Shown piece by piece: positions 1 to 10,300 of a stretch of DNA of 64,000 nucleotides. The notes below the pieces were generated by a model. That model had not been told where the DNA came from. It ran no database searches and was given only the letters and a program-made list of their open reading frames with translations. Position 1 is the stretch's first letter; each line of letters starts with the position of its first letter. Origin of the DNA: Leptonemataceae bacterium (lineage in GTDB: Bacteria; Spirochaetota; Leptospiria; Leptospirales; Leptonemataceae); NCBI GenBank assembly GCA_965227295.1, contig OZ245742.1, forward strand, positions 3,072,001-3,136,000, given 5' to 3'. Position numbers and translations under genes: made by a program.

Positions 1-8
1 GCAACTTC

Positions 9-1088
9 TTGCTCGAAGTCAGCGAGGCCTGGCTCCAACCGGAGATCGATTACCACGCGCTCTACAACGGCATCCACGCCCTGCACGCCGAACTCGCCGC
101 CGTTTCGAAGATTGACGCCTTTGCAGAGGCGCCGCGGCATTCCGAGGAGCACTACGCCACGGCCGGCGGCCTGGGTCTCGCGCCCCGCGAGGCCGCGCTG
201 TGTTTGCCCGACCTCATGCGCACCAGGCAATTCGCGCGCGGTCTCTACGCGGCGATCCTGGATGCGCGCAAAAAATTCCCCGGTGAAACCGTGCGTGTGT
301 TGTATGCCGGCACCGGTCCGTATGCGTTGCTGGCCCTGCCGGTACTCGCACGCTTCTCGAGGGAAGAGGTGCGATTTACGATGATCGAAGCCGTGGATGC
401 AAGCTTCACCGCCGCGCAACGCGTACTGGAAGCCTTCGGCCTTTCGGAGGCGGTGGAACGCTGGTCTCACGGCGACGCCTTTGACTTTGAAAGTGATGAA
501 CTCTATCATATTTTGCTGAGTGAGACGATGCGCGCGGCGTTGCATGCCGAACCCCAGGTACCGCTCACGTACTGCCTGGATCGTTTCCTGGTGGACGGCG
601 GTTTCCTGGTGCCGGCCAGGATCCGCGTCGACCTGGCCGTATCGCGCGGGCGTGATTACCGCAGTCTTGGTCCGGCCTTCGTGTGGGATCGTGCCTCCAT
701 TGCCCGCTTGCGCCGGGAACACAATTACGCGCACCGCCTGGCCGGAGACTTTGCATTCGCGGCAGGATCATTCAACATTCCTCCGGCGGAGGAGCGGAGC
801 GGTTGCAATTTGCTACGGTTGTATACGATGATCGAAACCCACGCGGATCTCCTACTGAATCCGTATGAATCCGGTCTTACACTTCCCCGTGATCTGTGTG
901 ATCTGGGCGCCGTGGAGCGAGGCGGTCGTCAATTAGAACGCGTGGAAATACAATACTTCCTGGGGCAACGACCGTTTCTGCGGCGGCGTTATTGCTTCAG
1001 CAACGGTACAGTCTATTCTCAGAATGATTCTAAGGCGCCGCGCCCCGATCTGGAAGACCTGCGTCGACCACCGATCGCGCAAGATTGA
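9..1088 (+). CDS. Class I SAM-dependent methyltransferase, PRMT/COG4076-like (probably 5'-truncated by the window edge)
   Basis: Motif I VLYAGTGP, acidic MIEA, GDAFDF, ILLSETMRAALHAEPQV (E-x8-E), FLVDGGFLVP. The frame is open back to the window start. Confidence 0.6.
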   Translation: MLEVSEAWLQPEIDYHALYNGIHALHAELAAVSKIDAFAEAPRHSEEHYATAGGLGLAPREAALCLPDLMRTRQFARGLYAAILDARKKFPGETVRVLYAGTGPYALLALPVLARFSREEVRFTMIEAVDASFTAAQRVLEAFGLSEAVERWSHGDAFDFESDELYHILLSETMRAALHAEPQVPLTYCLDRFLVDGGFLVPARIRVDLAVSRGRDYRSLGPAFVWDRASIARLRREHNYAHRLAGDFAFAAGSFNIPPAEERSGCNLLRLYTMIETHADLLLNPYESGLTLPRDLCDLGAVERGGRQLERVEIQYFLGQRPFLRRRYCFSNGTVYSQNDSKAPRPDLEDLRRPPIAQD

Positions 1089-1252
1089 GTGCGAATAAGA
1101 ACACGTCTCAGAATCAGCTGTAAGTACGACGTGCATTCGTGTTTTTGCGAATCTTGCTTGCGCTCCGGGGCCCTTCCATTGGATCAGAATAGTACGTCGG
1201 TGAATCACGGAACGCTTTCAGCGCATACCTTCGATCATCGTACGCGTCATTC

Positions 1253-1285
1253 TTATAATTGTTAAATTTCAACAAAAATTATAAT
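1253..1285 (+). promoter_or_regulatory. AT-rich promoter/operator region of the cco operon
   Basis: Two TATAAT hexamers (1254-1259, 1280-1285) flank the imperfect palindrome TTGTT-AAATTTC-AACAA (1259-1275), 28 nt before the ccoN ATG. GGAGA RBS present. Confidence 0.5.
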
Positions 1286-1313
1286 ATGCAACGCAGCACA
1301 CTGGAGACCGCGC

Positions 1314-2729
<1,416 letters not shown>

Positions 2730-2766
2730 CTGCGCCCCGCAGAACGTTAGTAACGGAGAGTAATAC

Positions 2767-3489
2767 ATGAAAGACGATAAAACCGGTTACGAAAACGTCG
2801 ATCCGAAAGACCTTAAGTGGTACGAGAAGCTCAGCGCGAAGGTCGACTCCAACGCGCCGAAGCTCATCATCTGGACGACCATCGCCATTCTCATCGGCGG
2901 TCTGGTGGAAATTCCGCCGTTCTTCATGATGGGCGAGGTCAAACCCATCGCAGGGCTGAAACCGCCGAACGCCATTGAACTGGCGGGTCGCGACGTCTAC
3001 CAGGCCGAGGGCTGTACCTACTGTCATACGCAGATGATCCGCCCGTTCAAATGGGAAACGGACCGCTGGGATCCGAACCGCGAGTACGGTCCCGACCCGT
3101 ACAGCAAGGCCGGCGAGTTCGTTTACGATCACCCCTTCCTGTGGGGCTCAAAGCGCACGGGACCGGACCTGGCTCACGAGGCGTCCATCAACCCCTCGGC
3201 TGCCTGGCACAAGGCCCACCTCATCAATCCGCGCGGAGCGGTGTCGAACTCGGTGATGCCGGCCTATCCCTGGCTCTTTGAACAGGACGTCGACGTCGAA
3301 GAAATTAAAGGTAACATGCGGGCGCTGCGCAGCATCGGCGTTCCGTACTCGGACGCGGACATTGCCGCAGCGGATGAATTGCTCGCGGGCAAAAGCAAAG
3401 GCGACGCCCTCGTGGCCTATATCCTGTCGCTGGGACGTGACACCCGTGTGAATCCGGTGGAAGTGGATTCCACGGCCGTCGCTGACTGA
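2767..3489 (+). CDS. ccoO: cbb3-type cytochrome c oxidase subunit II
   Basis: GRDVYQAEGCTYCHTQMIRP, DHPFLWGSKRTGPDL, SVMPAYPWL. Confidence 0.97.
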   Translation: MKDDKTGYENVDPKDLKWYEKLSAKVDSNAPKLIIWTTIAILIGGLVEIPPFFMMGEVKPIAGLKPPNAIELAGRDVYQAEGCTYCHTQMIRPFKWETDRWDPNREYGPDPYSKAGEFVYDHPFLWGSKRTGPDLAHEASINPSAAWHKAHLINPRGAVSNSVMPAYPWLFEQDVDVEEIKGNMRALRSIGVPYSDADIAAADELLAGKSKGDALVAYILSLGRDTRVNPVEVDSTAVAD

Positions 3490-3515
3490 ACGCTAACTTT
3501 TACGGAGCAAAGACT

Positions 3516-3740
3516 ATGGAATTCGACTACGAAACCTGGGTCGGCATCTACAAGGGGCTGCGTATGCCGCTCCTCGGGATGATCCTCATCTTTATTGCGT
3601 ACTACGTCTATCGTCCGTCCAAGAAAAAGGAGCTGGAACAGGCTCGTTTCAACATGCTGGATGACGACGTGGATCAGGGCCTGGCGGAGAAGTTCGAACG
3701 CCGGGAACAACCCGTGCAGCCCGCGCCGCGAGGGCGCTAA
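3516..3740 (+). CDS. ccoQ: cbb3-type oxidase small subunit
   Basis: 74 aa, single TM followed by YVYRPSKKKELEQARFNMLDDD; lies between ccoO and ccoP. Confidence 0.88.
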   Translation: MEFDYETWVGIYKGLRMPLLGMILIFIAYYVYRPSKKKELEQARFNMLDDDVDQGLAEKFERREQPVQPAPRGR

Positions 3741-3773
3741 GACGATTGAATTTAACGTTTGTGAGAATACATC

Positions 3774-4319
3774 ATGGCTAAAGACTTTGAAGAATATCCG
3801 GACGACGAAGATATCCACGAGGGGCGGGGCTGGCTTCCGACCTGGTGGACGGTAATGCTCTGGGGCGGTTTTATCATCGCCATCGTTTATTCGATCTACG
3901 TGCACGCGATCCTGGGTTGGACCCAGGGCTCCGGCTATCGCCAGGAGATCGCCACGTTCGAAAAAGAACACCCGCAGATCGAAGTGAGTCTCACCGAAGA
4001 AGGCGTGAACCCGTATCGTGGAGACGAGTCCGCCATCGCCAGCGGGGAGAAGGTCTATGCGGGCACCTGCGCCGCCTGTCATAAGGCGGACATGAGCGGT
4101 CTCATCGGCCCGTCTCTCGCCGACGGCACCTGGTTGCACGGTAACTCGGATGAGCAGGTCTACGAGATCATCATGGAAGGTGTACTCGACGCGAGTAAGT
4201 GGAAGCAGCAGCCGCCGAAAGGACCCATGCCGCCGCACAAGACCAGCCTCGGCGGGCAAAAGGTTCTCCAGGTCATGGCCTTTCTCGCGAGTAAGAACGA
4301 CACGCTGAAAGAAAAATAA
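3774..4319 (+). CDS. ccoP: cbb3-type oxidase subunit III, short mono-haem form
   Basis: N-terminal LPTWW plus TM, single CAACH, IGPSLADGTWLHG, GPMPPH. Confidence 0.9.
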   Translation: MAKDFEEYPDDEDIHEGRGWLPTWWTVMLWGGFIIAIVYSIYVHAILGWTQGSGYRQEIATFEKEHPQIEVSLTEEGVNPYRGDESAIASGEKVYAGTCAACHKADMSGLIGPSLADGTWLHGNSDEQVYEIIMEGVLDASKWKQQPPKGPMPPHKTSLGGQKVLQVMAFLASKNDTLKEK

Positions 4320-4384
4320 AAACTCAGCGTCGCCAACGAAGAGTGGGGGTACTATAAAAGGGCGCCGCCGCGCCGGAGGACAGC

Positions 4385-5740
4385 ATGGTCATCGCACGGG
4401 AAACTACAGGCAAACACCGCACGATCAAGACGCGCATCAACTACGTGTTGTTTGCATTGTTCTTGATCACTCCGTTCATTCGTATCGGCGAGATACCCCT
4501 GGTGCTCCTCGACATTCCGGAGCGAACCTTTCACATCTTCGGTCTGACGATCTGGCCGCAGGAACTCTACTTCCTGCACATGCTTTTGATCGCCATGGGG
4601 CTCATGCTTTTTTTCTTTACGGCGCTGTCCGGCCGCATCTGGTGCGGCTACGCCTGCCCGCAAACGATCTTCACCGAGGCTTACAACTGGACCGGCCGGC
4701 TCGTCGCCGGCAAGTCCTACGGCCGACCGACGATGAGCAAGGCGGACTGGGCGAAGGTCATCGTCGTCTGGTTCTTTCAGTCGCTGCTGTTCTCGTTCGT
4801 GTTTCTCGCGTACTTCATGCCGTACGAAGAGATTCTCGCGAAGCTGGCGGCGGGGCAGATTTTCGCTCACGAAGGCAGCCTCGTGCCGTCGTTCTGGCTG
4901 GTTTTCCTGAGTGCGTCCACGGCGGTCGCGTTCTTCAACATGGTCTACTATCGGGAAAACCTCTGCAAACTCATTTGCCCGTACGGCCGCTTTCAGACGG
5001 CCCTGCTCGACAAACATTCGCCCATCGTAGCCTACGATGTGAATCGCGGCGAACCGCGCCGCGAGAAAGGGCAGAAGCTCGGTCAACACGACGGCGACTG
5101 CATCGATTGCGGGCTGTGCAACGTTGTCTGTCCCACGGGCATCGATATTCGTGAGGGCCTGCAAATCGGCTGCATTTCCTGCGGCCTCTGCGTCGACGCG
5201 TGTACGGACATTCTGGCGAAGTACAACAAGAAGACGCTCATCGATTACCGGACCATCGCCCAGGCGAACGATCCCGCCGCCCCGCGCAAGTACCTCACGG
5301 CCCGGACCGGGATCTACGGAGCCCTGTTGGTGATCGTTATCGGAATCTTCGGCACGCTGCTGTATTCGCGCATCCCGCTGCACGCTACGGCCGTGCGGGA
5401 CAAGAATCTTACGAACCTCTACATTCCCACCGTCGGCTACCAGAACGTCTACGAGATCCGCGTCGCTAACATGTCTTACAATGAAATTACGGTGAGCGTG
5501 GAACTGGAAAACGGCGGCGAAGAGTTCGAAGTGATTTCCGCCTCGGATACCTACACCCTGGCATCCACGGAGTACGGAGCGTATCGCTTTATTGTGCGTT
5601 ATCCGGCGGAGAGTGACGATCACTCCAGCGCCGATCTGAAGAAGCTGCGCTTTCGGGTGCAGAATGTCGAGAACCCGCAACACGTTACCTACGCGACGAG
5701 TGTTTTCTCGTTCCCGGGGCCGCGCAAGGGCGGTTCGTGA
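4385..5740 (+). CDS. ccoG: cbb3 oxidase accessory 4Fe-4S membrane protein
   Basis: GRIWCGYACPQT, CPYGRFQ, CIDCGLCNVVCPTGIDIR, CISCGLCVDAC. Confidence 0.96.
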   Translation: MVIARETTGKHRTIKTRINYVLFALFLITPFIRIGEIPLVLLDIPERTFHIFGLTIWPQELYFLHMLLIAMGLMLFFFTALSGRIWCGYACPQTIFTEAYNWTGRLVAGKSYGRPTMSKADWAKVIVVWFFQSLLFSFVFLAYFMPYEEILAKLAAGQIFAHEGSLVPSFWLVFLSASTAVAFFNMVYYRENLCKLICPYGRFQTALLDKHSPIVAYDVNRGEPRREKGQKLGQHDGDCIDCGLCNVVCPTGIDIREGLQIGCISCGLCVDACTDILAKYNKKTLIDYRTIAQANDPAAPRKYLTARTGIYGALLVIVIGIFGTLLYSRIPLHATAVRDKNLTNLYIPTVGYQNVYEIRVANMSYNEITVSVELENGGEEFEVISASDTYTLASTEYGAYRFIVRYPAESDDHSSADLKKLRFRVQNVENPQHVTYATSVFSFPGPRKGGS

Positions 5741-5764
5741 ATCGCGGAAAATGAGAGGCAAATC

Positions 5765-6283
5765 ATGGGTAAAGAATTACGTCGAGCATTCATCATCATC
5801 GGAGTGTTTTTCCTGACGCTCTTCGCGGGCATCGGCTACACCCTCAAGCTGGCCTTCGAAAATCATCAGCCCGTGCTGGTGGATCGTTACTACGAACGCG
5901 GCCTGGACTACCAAAAACACCTGGACGCTCTGGAGCGCGGTCGCAGCGAGGGCTGGGACTTCGAGGCGCCGATGCTTGAAGACGGCGCGGCCCTGGCCCG
6001 GGGGGAGCAGAACATCGAGGTCCGCCTGGTAAACCGCAAGTCTCCGAAAGTTAGCGAAAAGATCGAAAACGCCTCCGTGCGTCTGACCTTCGATCGCCCC
6101 GCCACGACGGACGGGCGCCAGGAATTCGAGTTCTCCCTGGCCGACGCGCAGAAGTCCGGCGACGGCTACGCTTTTGTCGCCGCGGTGCAACTGCCTCGCC
6201 CCGGGTACTGGGACGTACGTCTGGACGGGACCATCAACGACGGCGCGGACGTATTCCGGCAATCCCGCATTCTGGTACGCTGA
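5765..6283 (+). CDS. ccoH: FixH/CcoH assembly protein
   Basis: N-terminal TM, VDRYYERGLDYQ, RPATTDG, LPRPGYWDVRL; position in the operon. Confidence 0.85.
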   Translation: MGKELRRAFIIIGVFFLTLFAGIGYTLKLAFENHQPVLVDRYYERGLDYQKHLDALERGRSEGWDFEAPMLEDGAALARGEQNIEVRLVNRKSPKVSEKIENASVRLTFDRPATTDGRQEFEFSLADAQKSGDGYAFVAAVQLPRPGYWDVRLDGTINDGADVFRQSRILVR

Positions 6284-6284
6284 C

Positions 6285-6479
6285 GTGTCCGGTCTTTTGT
6301 TGATGCTGCCCATCGCGGTGGGAATCGCGCTGGTCTTTCTGGGGTTCTTTTTGTGGTCGCTGCGCAACGGCGACTACGAGGACCCGGAGATGATCAAGTA
6401 TCGCATGTTGATGGACGATGACAGCGAGGCCGACGAAAACGTAACGGCTTCGAAGGAATCACAACCGCGCAATGTTTAG
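6285..6479 (+). CDS. ccoS: cbb3 oxidase maturation protein
   Basis: GTG start 1 nt after the ccoH stop; LLMLPIAVGIALVFLGFFLWSLRNGDYEDPE matches the FixS pattern. The ORF-track start at 6174 is too early. Confidence 0.88.
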   Translation: MSGLLLMLPIAVGIALVFLGFFLWSLRNGDYEDPEMIKYRMLMDDDSEADENVTASKESQPRNV

Positions 6480-7236
6480 CTTCGAACAGTGGATTCTGCC
6501 CGGCCTGGCCGGCGTCGCATTTCTACAGGGCCTCGCCGGATCGTTGCACTGCGCCGGCATGTGCGGGCCGTTCGTGCACAGCCTGAACAGCCGCGGCTCT
6601 TCGCTGATTATAAATATCGTTTATAATTTCGGCCGCAGCCTCTCGTACGTCGGTATCGGGCTGATCCTCGGCCTGGCCGGTTCCGGGGTGAACGCCTTCT
6701 TCGCAAGTCCGGTGGCCGCCGTACTTGGAGGCCTGTTGATCGCTTACTTCGGCCTCACGTATCTTTTCCCCGGCCGCCTCGGTGCCCGGTGGTTTATGCA
6801 CCTGCCCGCGGGTTTTGCGCGTTTCTTCGGCCGTTTGCTCGGCCGCGCCGGGGACGGCGAGCCCTCGGCGACTGCGAACATCGTGCCGTCGTTTCTGTTC
6901 GGCCTGGTATCCGGTCTGTTGCCGTGCGGTCTGTTGTATCCGGCCTACGCCCTGGCGCTGTCCTCGGGCGGCATCTTAAGTTCGGCCGGTATAATGTTTG
7001 CGTTCAGTCTGGGCACGTATCCGGCACTCCTCGCGGTGGGGCTCTCGAGCGGCATGATCTGGCGGCGGATGCAGACACCGGCCCTGCGCGTGGTGATGGG
7101 CACGGTGATGATTCTGCTCGGCGTGTTCATGATCTACCATCGTCTGTACCATCCGCACGTGCACGGGGACTCCGGTCATGTTCCCGGCGACGGCCCGGAG
7201 TCGCATCATCATATGCACCACTCCGGCGAACTATGA
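6472..7236 (+). CDS. DsbD_2/TauE-like membrane protein of cbb3 assembly loci, with His-rich tail
   Basis: GSLHCAGMCGP, YNFGRSLSY, GLLPCGLLY, MFAFSLGT. Confidence 0.88.
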   Translation: MFSFEQWILPGLAGVAFLQGLAGSLHCAGMCGPFVHSLNSRGSSLIINIVYNFGRSLSYVGIGLILGLAGSGVNAFFASPVAAVLGGLLIAYFGLTYLFPGRLGARWFMHLPAGFARFFGRLLGRAGDGEPSATANIVPSFLFGLVSGLLPCGLLYPAYALALSSGGILSSAGIMFAFSLGTYPALLAVGLSSGMIWRRMQTPALRVVMGTVMILLGVFMIYHRLYHPHVHGDSGHVPGDGPESHHHMHHSGEL

Positions 7237-9692
7237 ACCGCGTTCTGCGCAAACATACGGAGAACGCATGTTACCACTGCGGCCTGCCGGTTCAGGGAGC
7301 CGCCGCCGTAAGCGTGGATGATCGGGACTTCTGTTGCTCCGGTTGCGCCGCGGCCTATGAAATCATCACGGCGGCCGGCGGGGAGAACTACTATCGCTTT
7401 CGCACCGACTATGCCCCCCGGGCCGGGGAGTTTCGGGACGAGGACCTCTACCGTCACTACGAGGAACGCCTGGTAGAAGACGAACAGGGACACAAACGTG
7501 CGGCCTTCGTCGTCGAGGGGATTCATTGCGCCTCGTGTGTATGGCTGAGCGAAACGGTACTGCGCCGCGTCGAGGGCGTGCTTGAGGTCGAGGTGCACCT
7601 GGCCACGAACCGCGCCTATCTGACGTACGACGCGCGCTCCGTGCCGCTGGCAAAGATCGCCGCCGCCCTGGCGCGCACGGGCTATCGACTCATGCCGCTG
7701 CCGGAATCCGGCGATCGTTCACATCCCGCGGACCGCGATCTCCTGCGCCGCACGGTGGTGGCGGGTTTCTTCGCGGGCAACATCATGCTCGTGAGCGTGG
7801 CCCTGTACGCCGGCTACTTCGGAACCATGGACCGGCTCACGAAAGATTTTTTTCATCTCGTGAGTTTTCTCTTCACATTGCCGGTGTTTATGTACTCGGC
7901 CGTGCCGTTCTTTCGCAGCGCCCGGGAGGCCCTGCGTCACGGCATTCCCGGCATGGATCTGCTCACCAGCGCCGGGATATCCCTCGCGTTTTTTTACAGT
8001 TGTTACGCCGCCTGGTTTCAGGCCGGCGAGGTCTACTTCGATTCGGTCTGTTTTGTTACGTTTGCCGTGCTCGCCGGTCGATACCTGGAAAGCCGGCTCA
8101 AACATCGCAGCGCGGCGTTGATCGACAACCTGCGCCGATCCTCGAATGTGCCGGTGCGGGTTGTTAAGAAAAACTCTCCGGAACTTAAAGAGGACGACCT
8201 GGAGTTTACGGATGCCGAAGACGTACAGGTCGGCGACATCCTGGTGATTGCGGACGGCGAACGTTTGCCGGTGGACGGCGTGCTGTTGGGTGCGGACGGC
8301 GAAGTGGATGAGTCCACGCTCACCGGTGAGTTTCGTCCGGTGATGAAGCGCGCCGGCGACGTGATCTATTCCGGCTCGCAGTCCGTGGGCGCAAGCCTGC
8401 GCATTCGGGCCACGGCCGTGTATCGCGACAGCGCTCTGTATCGCATCCAGACCATGGCCGAAGCCAGCATGAACGACGTGCCGCCGTTGCGTCGCCTGGC
8501 CGAACGCGCGGGCCGCTGGTTCATCGTGTTCGTCCTCGGTGCCGCGGTCGCCTCGTTCGTCTACTGGTGGGTGATTGTCGGGGATCGGGACGCCGCGATT
8601 CTGAATACCATTGCGTTGTTGATCGTCGCGTGTCCGTGCGCGTTGAACCTGGCGGTACCGGCGGCCTACATCGCGGCGCTGTCCCGGGCGTTTACCGGCG
8701 GCGTCCTTTTGCGCCAGGGCCAGGCATTGGAGGTCCTGGCGAAGGCGAACCGCTTTTGTTTCGATAAGACGGGGACCCTGACCGCGGGGCGGATGCGGCT
8801 GAGTCAAGTTAGCATTTATTCAGAAGCAGTTAGCAAAACGCAATGCTTTCATCTGGCGCGCAGTCTACAGAATTTGGCCGGGGTGCGCCATCCCATCGCC
8901 GAAGCCTTTCGTCGGGAACACGTCGAAGCCGCGCCCGGGCCTGCTCCCGGCGACGTTCGTTACGAAGCCGGGCGGGGCGTCAGCGCCCGGCACGACGGCT
9001 ACGATTTACGCCTGGGATCCACCGCTTACGTTCGAGAGTGGTTTGAGGATCTGCCCGCGGGCGGCGAGGCCGGTCGGGTGGCCGTGTACCTGGCGCGGCG
9101 CCCGTTTTCCGGCGGCGAGGCGGAGCTGCTCGCCCGTTTCGATCTGGAGGACGAAATCCGTGCGGAAGGCGCTGAGGTCCTGGCCCGCCTCAAGCAGGAC
9201 GGCGCCGCGCTTTCATTGCTCACCGGCGATCTTTCAGAAAACGCCGGGCACCTGGCCCGGCATATGGGCCGGGCCTTCGCCGACGAGGACGTGCACGCCC
9301 GGTTGAGTCCCGAAGACAAACTTGCGCTCATTCGAAGTTACCAACAGGCCGGGGAGGTCGTGGTGATGGTGGGGGACGGCATCAACGACGCCGCGGCTCT
9401 CGGTCAGGCGGATCTGGGCATCAGTTTCGCCCACGGCGCGGACCTGGCCATGTTTTCCTCGGACGTTCTCATCTTAGATGGAGATTTCCGCACGTTAGCG
9501 CGCCTGGCCCGCCTCGCACGACGCACACGCGCTAAAATCTTACAAAACCTGGGCCTGGCCTTTGCCTACAACGTGCTGCTGATTCCGGCCGCGTTCTTCG
9601 GCTGGATCTCGCCGTTTTTGGGGGCCGTGTTCATGTCGCTCTCGTCCATCACCGTCGTCGGTAACGCCTTTCTTCTGTTACGCCGGCGCTGA
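7233..9692 (+). CDS. ccoI: Heavy-metal (Cu) P1B-type ATPase
   Basis: ATGA overlap with the upstream gene; CYHCGLP..FCCSGC, HCASC metal-binding domain, ESTLTGE, CPC, DKTGTLT, HP, GDGINDA. Confidence 0.95.
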   Translation: MNRVLRKHTENACYHCGLPVQGAAAVSVDDRDFCCSGCAAAYEIITAAGGENYYRFRTDYAPRAGEFRDEDLYRHYEERLVEDEQGHKRAAFVVEGIHCASCVWLSETVLRRVEGVLEVEVHLATNRAYLTYDARSVPLAKIAAALARTGYRLMPLPESGDRSHPADRDLLRRTVVAGFFAGNIMLVSVALYAGYFGTMDRLTKDFFHLVSFLFTLPVFMYSAVPFFRSAREALRHGIPGMDLLTSAGISLAFFYSCYAAWFQAGEVYFDSVCFVTFAVLAGRYLESRLKHRSAALIDNLRRSSNVPVRVVKKNSPELKEDDLEFTDAEDVQVGDILVIADGERLPVDGVLLGADGEVDESTLTGEFRPVMKRAGDVIYSGSQSVGASLRIRATAVYRDSALYRIQTMAEASMNDVPPLRRLAERAGRWFIVFVLGAAVASFVYWWVIVGDRDAAILNTIALLIVACPCALNLAVPAAYIAALSRAFTGGVLLRQGQALEVLAKANRFCFDKTGTLTAGRMRLSQVSIYSEAVSKTQCFHLARSLQNLAGVRHPIAEAFRREHVEAAPGPAPGDVRYEAGRGVSARHDGYDLRLGSTAYVREWFEDLPAGGEAGRVAVYLARRPFSGGEAELLARFDLEDEIRAEGAEVLARLKQDGAALSLLTGDLSENAGHLARHMGRAFADEDVHARLSPEDKLALIRSYQQAGEVVVMVGDGINDAAALGQADLGISFAHGADLAMFSSDVLILDGDFRTLARLARLARRTRAKILQNLGLAFAYNVLLIPAAFFGWISPFLGAVFMSLSSITVVGNAFLLLRRR

Positions 9693-9709
9693 ATCCGATT
9701 CGTTATGGT

Positions 9710-10300
9710 CTAATCCCACGTCAACTGCGCCGCCAGCTCCACGCATTCCACGAAGGCGCGCAGATCGGTGAAACGTTCACCCGGCGGGACGTCCCGGCGA
9801 ACCACGATGCGCGCGCCCGAAGACAACACGGCGCCGTCCAGCATGAGGTTGTCCGTGAGGTCGAAGCCTTCGATCTCCATGCCGTCGGAATCTTCCAGAC
9901 TGCCGTCCTCGCGCTTGCGCACGCCGCCGCCCGTATCTTCGATGAAACGTTGTGTGCGTTCGGTGAAACTGCCGGCCACGTTCGAGTAAGCGAAGACGGG
10001 CCGGCCGAGGGCGCGCATGAATCCCATCTCAAAGGCCGTGCCGACGTCCGCGGACGGGCTGCGAAACGGAGTCATGTTCGCGATGATCAGATCGCAGGAG
10101 CGCATGAGCTCTTCGTTCGAACGGGAAATGCGATGGCCGGCTTCTTCGGCGTCGAGGCCGTTCAAATCCAGGGCGTTTTCCAGGGGAAAGATGCCGGCGA
10201 AGCCGAAGTCCGAGCAGATTTCTCTTTTCGCGGCGGCGACGGCCAGGGGATCGCGAAGGAAGACGTCCGGCCCGGCCAGGTAGATGCGTTTGGAACTCAC
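9710..10300 (-). CDS. Nucleoside 2-deoxyribosyltransferase family protein
   Basis: IYLAGPDVF, ANMTPFRSPSADVGTAFEMGF, DNLML. Confidence 0.9.
   Translation of the reverse strand: MSSKRIYLAGPDVFLRDPLAVAAAKREICSDFGFAGIFPLENALDLNGLDAEEAGHRISRSNEELMRSCDLIIANMTPFRSPSADVGTAFEMGFMRALGRPVFAYSNVAGSFTERTQRFIEDTGGGVRKREDGSLEDSDGMEIEGFDLTDNLMLDGAVLSSGARIVVRRDVPPGERFTDLRAFVECVELAAQLTWD

Noticed and set aside
6789..7232. N-terminal extension of the ccoI ORF given in the ORF track
   Set aside because: It overlaps the DsbD_2-type gene; the ATG at 7233 in an ATGA overlap directly precedes the CYHCG domain.
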